Shown here: positions 18,584 through 28,456 of the stretch, one piece after another
Numbering within the stretch: position 1 is the first letter of the stretch
Layout: every line of letters begins with the position of its first letter
Origin: a virus
Taxonomy: Duplodnaviria > Caudoviricetes
Reading direction: 5' to 3' (one strand)
IMG/VR virus record: IMGVR_UViG_3300020335_000006
Span: 1 to 54,189 of that record
Length of the DNA stretch: 54,189 nucleotides
Program-made: the position numbers and the translations under genes
Notes under the pieces: generated by a model
Seen by the model: the letters and a program-made list of their open reading frames with translations, nothing else
Told to the model about the DNA's origin: nothing
Database searches by the model: none

Positions 18584-19969
18584 ATGAAAACATTCGAACA
18601 ATGGTATAATTCTACAAAAAAGGCTAATCTAATAGATGAAGCAGCTGAAGATAATGTACCTGTAGCTAAATCATCAGCCTCAATAGAATCAGACACAGCT
18701 ACTGTCATAGCATCTCCAGAAACATCAGGAGAAGAAGGTTATTCTAAAATGATGCAAGACTGTGATGATATTATCAATTCACTAAAGACTCTTTCTGATC
18801 AACTTACAGAATCAGAAGATCAGACATTAAATGAACAAAACCCAATGGGACAAGTTCTTATGCAAGATCCTATTATTATGGGAGCAGTTTTAGGACTAAC
18901 TGCAGTTATTGGTGCGGTTGGCCTAGGTGCCAAAGCTATAAAAGATGGTGCTAAAAACAAAAAGACCATTAAAGAAGCAGAAAAAGATTACTCTAAATTA
19001 AAGAAATTAAAAATGCAAACCGTTAAGATGGAAGTTGCAGTATTATCTTTAGAGGATAAAAGAAGAGAACTTTCAACCACTGAATCAATTGAAGAAGCTG
19101 GAGATGATGTAAAGGCGAAGGCAAGTGCAGCAAATAAGAAAAAAGCACTTGATAAAATGAAAGCCAAATTAGATAATCAAATAGAATCTATGAGGCAGAA
19201 AAAAGATGGAATTAATTCAGCTGCTACGGAATATGGATCTTCATTAGAAGTTAAATACTCAAAGGTAAGTGGATTTGGATCTGGAAAAGTTAAAACGTTA
19301 ATCGCTGATATGAGAGATCAAATCACGACAGAAGTTTCAGAATATAAGTTAGATGCATGGGGAGATAAGATGAGTGCCGAGACTAAGAAAGATTTAAAAG
19401 AAAGAATTACAAAATCTAAACAGGCTCAAAAGGAGAGAATGGATAAAATAACAGCTGAGCAAGAGAAAAATGCTAAAAAGTTAGATGATGCAGCTAAAAA
19501 TGACGAAAAGGTTAAAGCTGAGCTAGAGCAAATAAAGGCTGAAAAAGAAAAAGGAAAGGAAAAAGAAGAAGCTCCAGAAGAAACTCCGGAAGAAACTCCA
19601 GAAGAAACTCCAACGGAGACTCCGGAAGAAACTCCAGAAAAAGAAGATGATTTCGATGCATTTGGAACGGATGTAGACGATGAAGAATCTCCTGAAGAAG
19701 AACCAGAAGAAGTCGATAAGACAGATAATTCAAAAGAAGGAATGACTAAGAGGGTTGATGCTGTTATTGCGAAAGCAGAAGAAAGCGGTGATGAAGCTAA
19801 AGTCAAAAAAGCTAAAGAACTTAAAGCTAAGATTCTTGCAAAAGAATCATGGCAATTAAATAATACTAAATTAGGTTTAATATTTGAATCTGATCTTAGA
19901 AAAATGGAAATGGAATCTTTAATACAAGAATCTATTTCAGTTAAAGATCGTTTCTTTAAGTTAATCTAA
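18584..19969 (+). CDS. Putative internal head (ejected) protein with one hydrophobic segment and coiled coils
   Basis: MKTFEQWY N-term, several (L/I)xE sites, GAVLGLTAVIGAVGLG hydrophobic stretch, late promoter 18543. Confidence 0.65.
   Translation: MKTFEQWYNSTKKANLIDEAAEDNVPVAKSSASIESDTATVIASPETSGEEGYSKMMQDCDDIINSLKTLSDQLTESEDQTLNEQNPMGQVLMQDPIIMGAVLGLTAVIGAVGLGAKAIKDGAKNKKTIKEAEKDYSKLKKLKMQTVKMEVAVLSLEDKRRELSTTESIEEAGDDVKAKASAANKKKALDKMKAKLDNQIESMRQKKDGINSAATEYGSSLEVKYSKVSGFGSGKVKTLIADMRDQITTEVSEYKLDAWGDKMSAETKKDLKERITKSKQAQKERMDKITAEQEKNAKKLDDAAKNDEKVKAELEQIKAEKEKGKEKEEAPEETPEETPEETPTETPEETPEKEDDFDAFGTDVDDEESPEEEPEEVDKTDNSKEGMTKRVDAVIAKAEESGDEAKVKKAKELKAKILAKESWQLNNTKLGLIFESDLRKMEMESLIQESISVKDRFFKLI
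19574..19640 (+). repeat. 12-bp tandem repeat encoding (PEET)n
   Basis: ccagaagaaact/ccggaagaaact units. Confidence 0.8.
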
Positions 19970-20473
19970 ATTCTTTTTAGAATTTTTACGAGCTAAATTT
20001 AGAAACTCCTGTTGTTGATTCAATAGGAGTTTTTTTATGTGCTTACGAAACTCAACGGATGATTTAAGGATTCTAGCATCCACCATTGGAGCCAGCAATG
20101 CATCATGATACTCTGGATGTACAAAGTTTTGCATACTAAAGTCATCAGTCTTAGATCTGATGGGTTTATTAGATAGTGCACAGATCCAATCTATGGTGTT
20201 ATAGTTTTCTTTAAGATCTTCCATCTTTACAAACGAATCAGTAGACCAATCGTAATAATACTTATTTTTAGAGGAGGTATATCTATGTTGACAGATGTTA
20301 AATATTATATGAACGAACTGATCGCTCTTACATCTTTCACCTAGAATAGGATTTTCTATTAATAGTCTCTTCTGCTGTCTTGCAAGATTTGATAACTTAA
20401 TTCCAAATCTATTAGAGTAAGGAGAATGAGGGGAAACCCTTTCCAACTTAGGATATTTTTTATTATATGCCAT
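19961..20473 (-). CDS. Hypothetical protein
   Basis: 170 aa ORF filling the gap on the minus strand; GAATAAATA upstream on minus strand (20478-20486). Confidence 0.7.
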   Translation of the reverse strand: MAYNKKYPKLERVSPHSPYSNRFGIKLSNLARQQKRLLIENPILGERCKSDQFVHIIFNICQHRYTSSKNKYYYDWSTDSFVKMEDLKENYNTIDWICALSNKPIRSKTDDFSMQNFVHPEYHDALLAPMVDARILKSSVEFRKHIKKLLLNQQQEFLNLARKNSKKNLD

Positions 20474-20532
20474 ATAGTATTTATTCGTGAAACAAAACAG
20501 CTATATTATGTATAATTATTAAACAAATTTAC

Positions 20533-21483
20533 ATGGTTCACACACTGTTCACAGAAAAATATCGTCCAAGTAACTTAGACGAGTTGATTTTACCAGAAAG
20601 AGTAATGTCAAAATTCAAAGATGGTCTAACTCAAAATGTACTCTTGGCTGGAAGCCCTGGTACTGGTAAGACATCTACTGCGAAGGCGATTGTTAAACAA
20701 TTCGAACTTCCTTACATTTATATTAATGCCTCAACAGATACTTCAGTAGATGTTATTAGAACTAGAATTACAGATTTCTGTTCTACTATGTCCATCTTAG
20801 ATGATCAAGGTAAAATGAAAATAGTTATACTAGATGAGGTAGACGGTGTGTCTGATCAATTCTTTAAAGCACTTCGAGCTACTATGGAACAATTTGCATC
20901 TAATTCAAGGTTTATTGCAACTTGTAATTATGTAAATAAAATTCCAGATCCAATTCTTTCAAGATTCGAAGTAATTAACTTTGACTTTGATAAAGAAGAA
21001 GAAAGCGAATTGACAAAGAAATATATTAGGCGAGTTTATGATATATGTGGAAAAGAAGAAATGACAATAGAAAAGCCAGCTTTGGTTGAATTTGTTCGTA
21101 GGAACTTCCCAGATCTCCGCTCGACACTTAATAAATTACAAGGATATAAGTCAGAAGGAACGACTAAGATTACATTAAATGATGTTAAAAAGTTTAACTC
21201 AGTCTATAAAGATGTTTTTGAATTAATCTTTAATGAAACCGACCCTGTTAAAAACTATAAGTATTTAGTAGGTGAGTATTCAAATAGAACAGATGAGATT
21301 CTTCAAACACTAGGTGCAGAATTCATAGAATATATTCAATCCGAGAAAGGAAATAGCGCAAGGCATATTCCTCAAATTGCAGTGGCCGTAGCAGAACACC
21401 AGGCACAAAGGGTTCATGTAATTGATCCAGTGATAACGATGTTAAGCTGCATATATAGATTGCAAGAAATAATTAGAAATTAA
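20533..21483 (+). CDS. Clamp loader large subunit (gp44/RFC-like)
   Basis: EKYRP, GSPGTGKT, INAS, ILDEVD, ATCN, SRF, FPDLR motifs; class II promoter 20489-20515. Confidence 0.92.
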   Translation: MVHTLFTEKYRPSNLDELILPERVMSKFKDGLTQNVLLAGSPGTGKTSTAKAIVKQFELPYIYINASTDTSVDVIRTRITDFCSTMSILDDQGKMKIVILDEVDGVSDQFFKALRATMEQFASNSRFIATCNYVNKIPDPILSRFEVINFDFDKEEESELTKKYIRRVYDICGKEEMTIEKPALVEFVRRNFPDLRSTLNKLQGYKSEGTTKITLNDVKKFNSVYKDVFELIFNETDPVKNYKYLVGEYSNRTDEILQTLGAEFIEYIQSEKGNSARHIPQIAVAVAEHQAQRVHVIDPVITMLSCIYRLQEIIRN

Positions 21484-21494
21484 TTGCTGAAATA

Positions 21495-21526
21495 TTTTTT
21501 TATCTCAGAAATTTTGCTTATATTAG
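21495..21526 (+). promoter_or_regulatory. Class I repeated promoter module (copy 1)
   Basis: TTTTTTTATCTCAGAAATTTTGCTTATATTAG. Confidence 0.75.
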
Positions 21527-21545
21527 TAATATAAAACATACAAAC

Positions 21546-22772
21546 ATGAAACTAGGAAAACATACATTGTTAATTGACGGTAACTATTTTTTACACAGTA
21601 GGTTATTCGTTCTACCTAGGCCTAAAGGTAAACAATTATTAGGCGATAAAGAATCACAATCTCAGCTTATGAGAAAGCTATGTATTGACTTCGCTTCAGA
21701 AGTTCGTAAAATGGCTCCTTTCGTAGACCAGATCGTTGTTGCAGTAGATGCTAAATCATGGCGTAAAGATCTTTTTCCAGATGCACAATATAAAGGAACT
21801 AGAACACATGACGATTCTATTAATTGGAAAGCAGTCTTCGGTGTTTATGCCGAATGGCAAAAAATACTAGAACAAAAGGGTATTATTATCCACCAAGTTC
21901 AAGGTGCAGAAGCAGATGACGTAATGTACGGCTGGTCTACTCAACTAAATAGTGAAGGTAAAAATTGCATTGCATGGACAGGTGATAGAGATTTAATTCA
22001 ACTTGTAAATTACAATCAAGCAACAGATGCATATACACTATGGTATTATAATTCTAAGAAAAAGCTTATTGCCTTTGAAGGTTTCGAAGATGTAATGGCA
22101 TCTAGAAAAACATCTACAATGACCAATGACGAATTGTTATTTAACATTGCATCAGAAGAAGCTACATACGACAAGTTAAAAGAAGACTTTCAAGCATGGA
22201 TGGATAAGAACAGAGTAGAAGTTCAAGAAATTAACTGTGACGACTTCGTATTCGGTAAAATCTTACAAGGTGATAAATCAGATAATATTCCTTCAGTTAT
22301 TACATGGACTAAAGCTGCATCAAACGGCAAGATCAGAAACTATTCACTTACAGAAAAGCATTGTGTAAAGATCTTAGAACAATACAAGAAAGAAGAAAGC
22401 GAATTTACAATAGAACACTTTTTCAATAGAGGTCAAGTAAATAAGCTAGTAGATATTATTTATAGGGTTGTTGGTAAATCTGATCCTAAGGAAATCAGAA
22501 TTAGATTTAATCAAAACCTAGATCTAGTTCTTCTTCACTATAATACTATTCCCCTTGCAATTCAAAAGGGTATTTATAATAGTATTGAAGTAGATAGAAA
22601 CGTTTTACCAGAGTTCTCTAATATCACTCAGATGGAAAAGATTCTAGAAGGAACAGATTGGATGGTAAAGAAATCACAAGGCGCTCCTAAGGGGTATGAT
22701 GCCTTTGTAGGATTAAAGGAAGATAGTAACAAGGAAAGACCTTCTACTAAGAAATTGAACGAACTTTTTTAA
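21546..22772 (+). CDS. rnh: RNase H / 5'-3' exonuclease (T4 rnh, FEN-like)
   Basis: LIDGN, SWRK...YKG.R, EADD, GDRDL.QL, GDKSDNIP motifs. Confidence 0.88.
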   Translation: MKLGKHTLLIDGNYFLHSRLFVLPRPKGKQLLGDKESQSQLMRKLCIDFASEVRKMAPFVDQIVVAVDAKSWRKDLFPDAQYKGTRTHDDSINWKAVFGVYAEWQKILEQKGIIIHQVQGAEADDVMYGWSTQLNSEGKNCIAWTGDRDLIQLVNYNQATDAYTLWYYNSKKKLIAFEGFEDVMASRKTSTMTNDELLFNIASEEATYDKLKEDFQAWMDKNRVEVQEINCDDFVFGKILQGDKSDNIPSVITWTKAASNGKIRNYSLTEKHCVKILEQYKKEESEFTIEHFFNRGQVNKLVDIIYRVVGKSDPKEIRIRFNQNLDLVLLHYNTIPLAIQKGIYNSIEVDRNVLPEFSNITQMEKILEGTDWMVKKSQGAPKGYDAFVGLKEDSNKERPSTKKLNELF

Positions 22773-22804
22773 TAAACTTATAGCAAGTTTACAGTATAAT
22801 TTAT

Positions 22805-23236
22805 ATGCTAGACGAAACAAAATTATTTGATTTTGTAAAGATTATGTTTACAAAACCTAATCAATACAAGAATGTAAAGAACTTTAATAAGAAGAGACAC
22901 CATTTCATGATTAATAGGTTCTTCGCTATTAAATATCCATCAAATGCACAGCTATTTAATGTAAATGGAATTAATGGCAATGCAGTTATTGATAGCTGGC
23001 ACATGGTATCTTCGAGATTTAAATCAGTTCCAGGTTGGATTTACACTAAAACCAAGAAAGCACCACCGAAACCTAAAAAATCTAAAAAGGAATATATACC
23101 TAAAGAAGAAACAATCAAATTCTTTTTACTAAGAAATGAGATTGGAATGAGAGAATTCAATGATCTTAAAAAATTCAATCCAGTTGAATTAAATGAGAAT
23201 CTATTGAAATTAGAAAACACAATGCAGGTATATTAA
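22805..23236 (+). CDS. Probable clamp loader small subunit (gp62-like)
   Basis: LFDFV...FMINRFF pattern and size; near gp44; class II promoter 22773-22799. Confidence 0.5.
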   Translation: MLDETKLFDFVKIMFTKPNQYKNVKNFNKKRHHFMINRFFAIKYPSNAQLFNVNGINGNAVIDSWHMVSSRFKSVPGWIYTKTKKAPPKPKKSKKEYIPKEETIKFFLLRNEIGMREFNDLKKFNPVELNENLLKLENTMQVY

Positions 23237-23237
23237 T

Positions 23238-23888
23238 ATGATTAACTATTACGACTTTAATGACGTGGCAACGGTCATAGATGCTACTCTATTCAAATAC
23301 AATTATATCGATAATAGGATTCTTACGCTAGTAAAGAATCAATTGGACTATAGGGTCGTTAATGATGGATCTCTCCTTGTAAGTAAAGAACAATTATCTT
23401 TGTTTTTAAAAGAAAACTTCCAATCCGATATTAATAGAATTAATGCAACCGGTTTTGAACAATTTCATAAAGAAGCAACTACTGTTTATTTTCTACATAA
23501 GATCTTAACAGATTTTACAAACCTAGAATACGTCAAGATGACTATTAATAAAAATAAATCCTATAGTAGATTATCCGACATTGACGGAGTTAAGACCCTT
23601 CGATTTAATTTTAAAGTTTTGGCAGGAACACTAAGACTATATGATATATTTAAAGAAGAAAGTTTAAAAGAAATAAACAATACTTTAATTTCATTAGGAC
23701 TAATGCAAAAGAATGTGCCCTATGCAAGGCACCATGCCTCTCATATATTTAATGCCCTAGATTCATTTGTTAGATCCAATGAAGGATCGGATGCAAAGGA
23801 ATTTGAAGCGGCATTAGACTTAATGGATTGCATAGAAGCTAAGATCCAAGACGATAATCCTAAAATAATGTTAATCACTGATTACTAG
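23238..23888 (+). CDS. Hypothetical protein
   Basis: 216 aa ORF in operon. Confidence 0.75.
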   Translation: MINYYDFNDVATVIDATLFKYNYIDNRILTLVKNQLDYRVVNDGSLLVSKEQLSLFLKENFQSDINRINATGFEQFHKEATTVYFLHKILTDFTNLEYVKMTINKNKSYSRLSDIDGVKTLRFNFKVLAGTLRLYDIFKEESLKEINNTLISLGLMQKNVPYARHHASHIFNALDSFVRSNEGSDAKEFEAALDLMDCIEAKIQDDNPKIMLITDY

Positions 23889-23929
23889 CTTTCTTTAACG
23901 AATATATAGACAAAAGAACTAGATATTAA

Positions 23930-25879
23930 ATGGTAACAGGATATACTGCAAACGCACTCGGAGATCAACTCATAGCATCCCTACAAGATCCTTTTCAGGG
24001 CGTAATAAAGATTACAGATTGGGAAATTATAACAGGTTTAACAACACCACAGACTATGGGTGTAGTTATCTTGAATGTAGGATCTCCAACAGTCCTTGGA
24101 ATCGGAACGGATTTTACCTTTCTATCAAACGGAGATGAAATAGTATTAGGAAATAAGATATTTCAAGTTAATAGTGTAACAGATTCACATTCATTAGAAT
24201 TAACAACACCTCCCCAATTTTCAACACAGCCTACTGGAATAGAATATTTTTTAGTTCCTAACGAATCTAATAAATTTGATTATGAATTCAGATGGTCTCA
24301 GACTGGTGGTGCTTTTTCAGAATTCTCAGAATTAAATAAGACTGCAAATATTGGAGATTTATTTAATCTAGATTTTAACAATGCATTACCACTTTATGTC
24401 GATTTAAAAGCAGAAATAACTGAGTTATCGGGTGGAAATTCTCTTTCACTGATTTCAATTACATATACTACACAAACCGAAGACGGAATTATTGAAGCCT
24501 GTCCTAACTTTTGTGTTGAATGTTTAGATCCTTTTTCAATGGATGGATGTGCAAATATCATTGTAGACGAATGTGAAGATAATTTATTTAATCCATATAA
24601 TTTAAGTAAATCTACTAAATTTGTAAAACAAATCACAGGATTAGTAAGCAATATATTTGGTCATGAAGTAAATTACTTTAGAACTGAACCAGACATGAGA
24701 ACGGAAGACGTTACTCTCATGGAATATAGTTTATACGATGTAGTAGATAATAAAAATATAAAAATACTGGTTCCTGGAAATGAATTCCCTGAAGAAAGTA
24801 TAACTTTCGATATATTTGGAATGGATTTTGCAGATTTCGAAATTCATATTACTCAAGAAGAATTTGATAGAGCATTTGGAGAAAGAGATTCTCAAGGAAA
24901 TCTAATAAAAAGCAGATACCCTAGATCTAAGGATTACATGTATATTCCTATTATTAATAGGATGTACGAGGTTCATACGATTGCGTTAGCTGATGAGTTT
25001 AATAAAACCAATTCGTATTGGAGAGTAATGCTGAAGAAATATCAAGAAAGAACTTCAGTTAATAAAAATTCGTTTAATGCAGCAACAGATACGTTAACGA
25101 CAGGCATTGAAGAAGTTTTTGGAGAAAGACAACGAGAAGAGCAAGAAAAGGTTTCAAATCCACAGCAATTCCAAACTGTTATTTCTACACACAGGGATGG
25201 TATTAGAAACTTCTATAATAAAGATTTAGAAATAGTAGATTTTGAACTAAAAAATAAGTGGACAATAGTTAGTAAAAATTATTATAATCTATCACAAGTT
25301 GATGAAGGAGATTTATGTATTGAATATGCAGCAAAATCTAGTTTAGGCGTAGGCGAAAACATGGCAATTTCAGGATGGTTTAATCCTCAATTTGCAACAG
25401 GGAGCGGAGATCATTTCATAATAGGAGATCCAACTGCTCTCACTGGTTTTAAAACATATTTAAACGATTCAGAATTTAAAGTAATGGTTAATGGAAATAC
25501 AATTACATTTAATCACGGCATTAATCTTGAAAAAAGATGGTATGGATTTACTCTAAATATAAGTAACGAATTTTCATCGACAAGTCTAAGTATCTATAAC
25601 TTAAATGAATCTGGATTACCTCAGAACTCAAGTTCTCAATTAACAGAGGTGTTTAATGAAGCTAAACCTTCAGGTTTGATTTGGAATTCTAATTCTAATT
25701 TCCAAATAAGAGGAAACAGTATGTATATGACTAATATTAGAGTTTTTGAACAAATCATCGAAGATGAACAAAGGTCTAATATATTAAATCAATATATAGT
25801 TAGAGATAATCAACTTGCTAAATTAATAGACAATGCAATACCTAGTATTGGTTTTCAGAAATTTAGACACACTAGGTAA
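23930..25879 (+). CDS. Neck protein (gp14-like core) with N-terminal extension and C-terminal LamG-like domain
   Basis: FGHEVNYF..., FGM..., P.SKDYMYIP.INRMYEV resembles gp14; C-term AISGWF...WY.F...NIRVF LamG-like; late promoter 23900. Confidence 0.6.
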   Translation: MVTGYTANALGDQLIASLQDPFQGVIKITDWEIITGLTTPQTMGVVILNVGSPTVLGIGTDFTFLSNGDEIVLGNKIFQVNSVTDSHSLELTTPPQFSTQPTGIEYFLVPNESNKFDYEFRWSQTGGAFSEFSELNKTANIGDLFNLDFNNALPLYVDLKAEITELSGGNSLSLISITYTTQTEDGIIEACPNFCVECLDPFSMDGCANIIVDECEDNLFNPYNLSKSTKFVKQITGLVSNIFGHEVNYFRTEPDMRTEDVTLMEYSLYDVVDNKNIKILVPGNEFPEESITFDIFGMDFADFEIHITQEEFDRAFGERDSQGNLIKSRYPRSKDYMYIPIINRMYEVHTIALADEFNKTNSYWRVMLKKYQERTSVNKNSFNAATDTLTTGIEEVFGERQREEQEKVSNPQQFQTVISTHRDGIRNFYNKDLEIVDFELKNKWTIVSKNYYNLSQVDEGDLCIEYAAKSSLGVGENMAISGWFNPQFATGSGDHFIIGDPTALTGFKTYLNDSEFKVMVNGNTITFNHGINLEKRWYGFTLNISNEFSSTSLSIYNLNESGLPQNSSSQLTEVFNEAKPSGLIWNSNSNFQIRGNSMYMTNIRVFEQIIEDEQRSNILNQYIVRDNQLAKLIDNAIPSIGFQKFRHTR

Positions 25880-25911
25880 CTAGGATATATAATCCTATAA
25901 AACAATAACTT

Positions 25912-26565
25912 ATGTCAGAAGAAAAAAAGTCAATAAAAGATCAAGCAGACGATATTAGAAAGGAGCTTGATGAACTTATTGGTGAAAGTGTAGATATAAC
26001 AGAAGCTACGGATACTGATCCGGCGTTTCTTCCACTTCAACCAAGAGAAGTTCTTCCAACATTTGGAGAACTTAAATTAACATCTACTAAAACAGCTAAG
26101 AAAACTATAACAGCTCTTATGAAATTTTATCTTGCAGAAGATATAATCGAAAAGGACGAATATATCGCTGCTAAGAAAAAGATGGATGAGATGACAATGT
26201 CTTCTTTAGTTTATCAATTACAAGCAGGTGAAAGGGCTCTTACTACTCTTTTACAAACTATTGAAGATGGTGAGCTAGCTCCAAGGATGTTTGAAGTTCT
26301 TGCAACTCTGCAAAAATCAATGCTTGATATCATTAAATCTCAAACAATGTATTTAATGGCAACTGAAGAAAGTGCCAAAAGAATTTCTAGAGATATAGAA
26401 ATTTATAAGAAAAGAGATGACATTAGAGAAATAGAAGAATCTGGAGGTTCAACTGGAGATTCTTCTGTTCAGAGAGGAACCAAAGATCTCATGAGAATGA
26501 TTCGCGATGGAATTAACGATTCCGAGATTGAAGATATTGAAGACGTAGAACCTAACGAAGAATAA
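25912..26565 (+). CDS. Terminase small subunit (gp16-like)
   Basis: PRMFEVLATL matches the gp16 PR.xEV.ATL motif; GT.DLM C-term; directly upstream of large terminase. Confidence 0.75.
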   Translation: MSEEKKSIKDQADDIRKELDELIGESVDITEATDTDPAFLPLQPREVLPTFGELKLTSTKTAKKTITALMKFYLAEDIIEKDEYIAAKKKMDEMTMSSLVYQLQAGERALTTLLQTIEDGELAPRMFEVLATLQKSMLDIIKSQTMYLMATEESAKRISRDIEIYKKRDDIREIEESGGSTGDSSVQRGTKDLMRMIRDGINDSEIEDIEDVEPNEE

Positions 26566-26567
26566 CA

Positions 26568-28394
26568 ATGAGCGATTACGTAGGAGATAATATGTGGATT
26601 CCGAAAGGAGACAAGAGCGATCCGGGCCAAAAGCTGGTATGGTCAACTAAGAACGTTGATGACCTTTTAGTAGCATTAGATAAAGGATATCGCCCACAGG
26701 TTTCTATGCCTTTTTATGAAGGTAAACAATTTCTACGTAAGGGTAATATCGTATTTGAATATACTGAAGAAGAAATATCAGAACTTGCAAAGTGTGCAAA
26801 CGATATAGTTTATTTTGCAGAAAAGTATGCAGTAGTAATGACAGATGAAGGTATTCAACAGGTAAAGCTTAGGAAATATCAAAAAGAATTATTACATAAC
26901 TTTCAAAACGAAAGATTCAATATCGTATTGGCGGCTAGGCAGATGGGTAAAACGGTAACAGCCTCTATTTTCAATGCCTGGTATGTTACATTTAACTATG
27001 ATAAAACTACTCTTCTTTTAGCCAATAAATCAGATTCAACAAAAGAAATTATAGATAAAGCAAAGGTAGTTATTGAAAACCTTCCTTTCTTTATGAAACC
27101 CGGTATTATTAAGTATGACGTTATGAATGTACGTTCAGATAACGGATGTAGATTAGTAGGTCAATCAACTACCGCAAAATCAGGTATTGGTTTTACTATT
27201 CATAATTTATATCTTGATGAGTTTGCACACATTCATCCAACTATAGTTGATTCATTCTATGAAAATGTATATCCTACGCTATCAGCTTCTAAGGTATCTA
27301 GAATTAATATTACTTCAACGCCAAATGGATTTAATAAATTCTATGAAATTTACGCAGGTGCCGAAAAAGGAGAAAATGAATATACACCAACAAGAGTTGA
27401 TTGGTGGCAGCATCCAGATAGAGATGATGCATGGTATGAAAGAGAACTTGGAAACTTAGGTTCTGAAGAAGCATTTAATAGACAATATGGAAATGAATTC
27501 GTAAGTTCTTCAAATCTATTATTAAGCCCAATGGTTATGAAAACCATGAGAAAGAATTCACATGAATTCGTTTGGCATGATTTGGAAGATTTCGAAAATA
27601 TACAAGTAGATACGAAAGGAGTTTTAGGATTTCATAAAGACTTCGATCCTGAAGAAGCAAAGGAATCAAATAGGTTTTATTTGTTTTCAGTAGACATCGC
27701 AGAAGGTAACGGAGGTGATTATTCGGTAATTAATGTTTTCGAAGTAGAACCAATGGAAGATAAGGATATTATAGATGCAGTGACACCTGGTGCAATGTAT
27801 GACTTTTTTAGATTGAATCAGGTGGCAGTCTTTAGATCTAATGAACACGTTATAGAAGACTTTGCAAAGGTGCTATATACATTAGCGGTTGAGATATTTA
27901 ATCCTGAAAATGTAAAGATGATTATAGAATTCAATACGTATGGTTCTATCCTATTAAAATATTTACAAACCGTTTATCCTTCAAGAAATGAATTTGAAGA
28001 TGAAATGGTATTAAGGTTTAAACACAGACATGATTCAAGAGCCCTAAAACCAGGTATAAAATTAAAAGCAGATAACAAATCAGTATTTTGCCAAAATTTT
28101 AAAAAGTTAATTGAAAATAATAGAATAAAAATAAATGACACGGAAACTGTAAATGAAGCAAGTCTTTTCGGCAGTCTTAAAAATGGAAGCTACGGTGCTC
28201 AAATGGGTAATGACGATATCATTATGACCGGAATCACTGCTACTGAGTTTTTTAACACCACTGATTATGCAGATTACATCGAAGAATTGCTAGATTTTAT
28301 AGATCCTGAAAAGTATAAATTAATGGAAACTACACTATATCAGCAAAATGATTCAGCCGGAGATATGCAGTATGACATTTATGATCTTATATAG
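26568..28394 (+). CDS. Terminase large subunit (gp17-like)
   Basis: RQMGKT Walker A, LYLDEFA Walker B, TSTPNG, VDIAEG.GGDYS, DD.IM nuclease motifs. Confidence 0.95.
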   Translation: MSDYVGDNMWIPKGDKSDPGQKLVWSTKNVDDLLVALDKGYRPQVSMPFYEGKQFLRKGNIVFEYTEEEISELAKCANDIVYFAEKYAVVMTDEGIQQVKLRKYQKELLHNFQNERFNIVLAARQMGKTVTASIFNAWYVTFNYDKTTLLLANKSDSTKEIIDKAKVVIENLPFFMKPGIIKYDVMNVRSDNGCRLVGQSTTAKSGIGFTIHNLYLDEFAHIHPTIVDSFYENVYPTLSASKVSRINITSTPNGFNKFYEIYAGAEKGENEYTPTRVDWWQHPDRDDAWYERELGNLGSEEAFNRQYGNEFVSSSNLLLSPMVMKTMRKNSHEFVWHDLEDFENIQVDTKGVLGFHKDFDPEEAKESNRFYLFSVDIAEGNGGDYSVINVFEVEPMEDKDIIDAVTPGAMYDFFRLNQVAVFRSNEHVIEDFAKVLYTLAVEIFNPENVKMIIEFNTYGSILLKYLQTVYPSRNEFEDEMVLRFKHRHDSRALKPGIKLKADNKSVFCQNFKKLIENNRIKINDTETVNEASLFGSLKNGSYGAQMGNDDIIMTGITATEFFNTTDYADYIEELLDFIDPEKYKLMETTLYQQNDSAGDMQYDIYDLI

Positions 28395-28456
28395 ACCAAA
28401 CTCCAGATTTACACGGATATATAGATTAACAAATAAAAAAATAAAATTAAATAACT

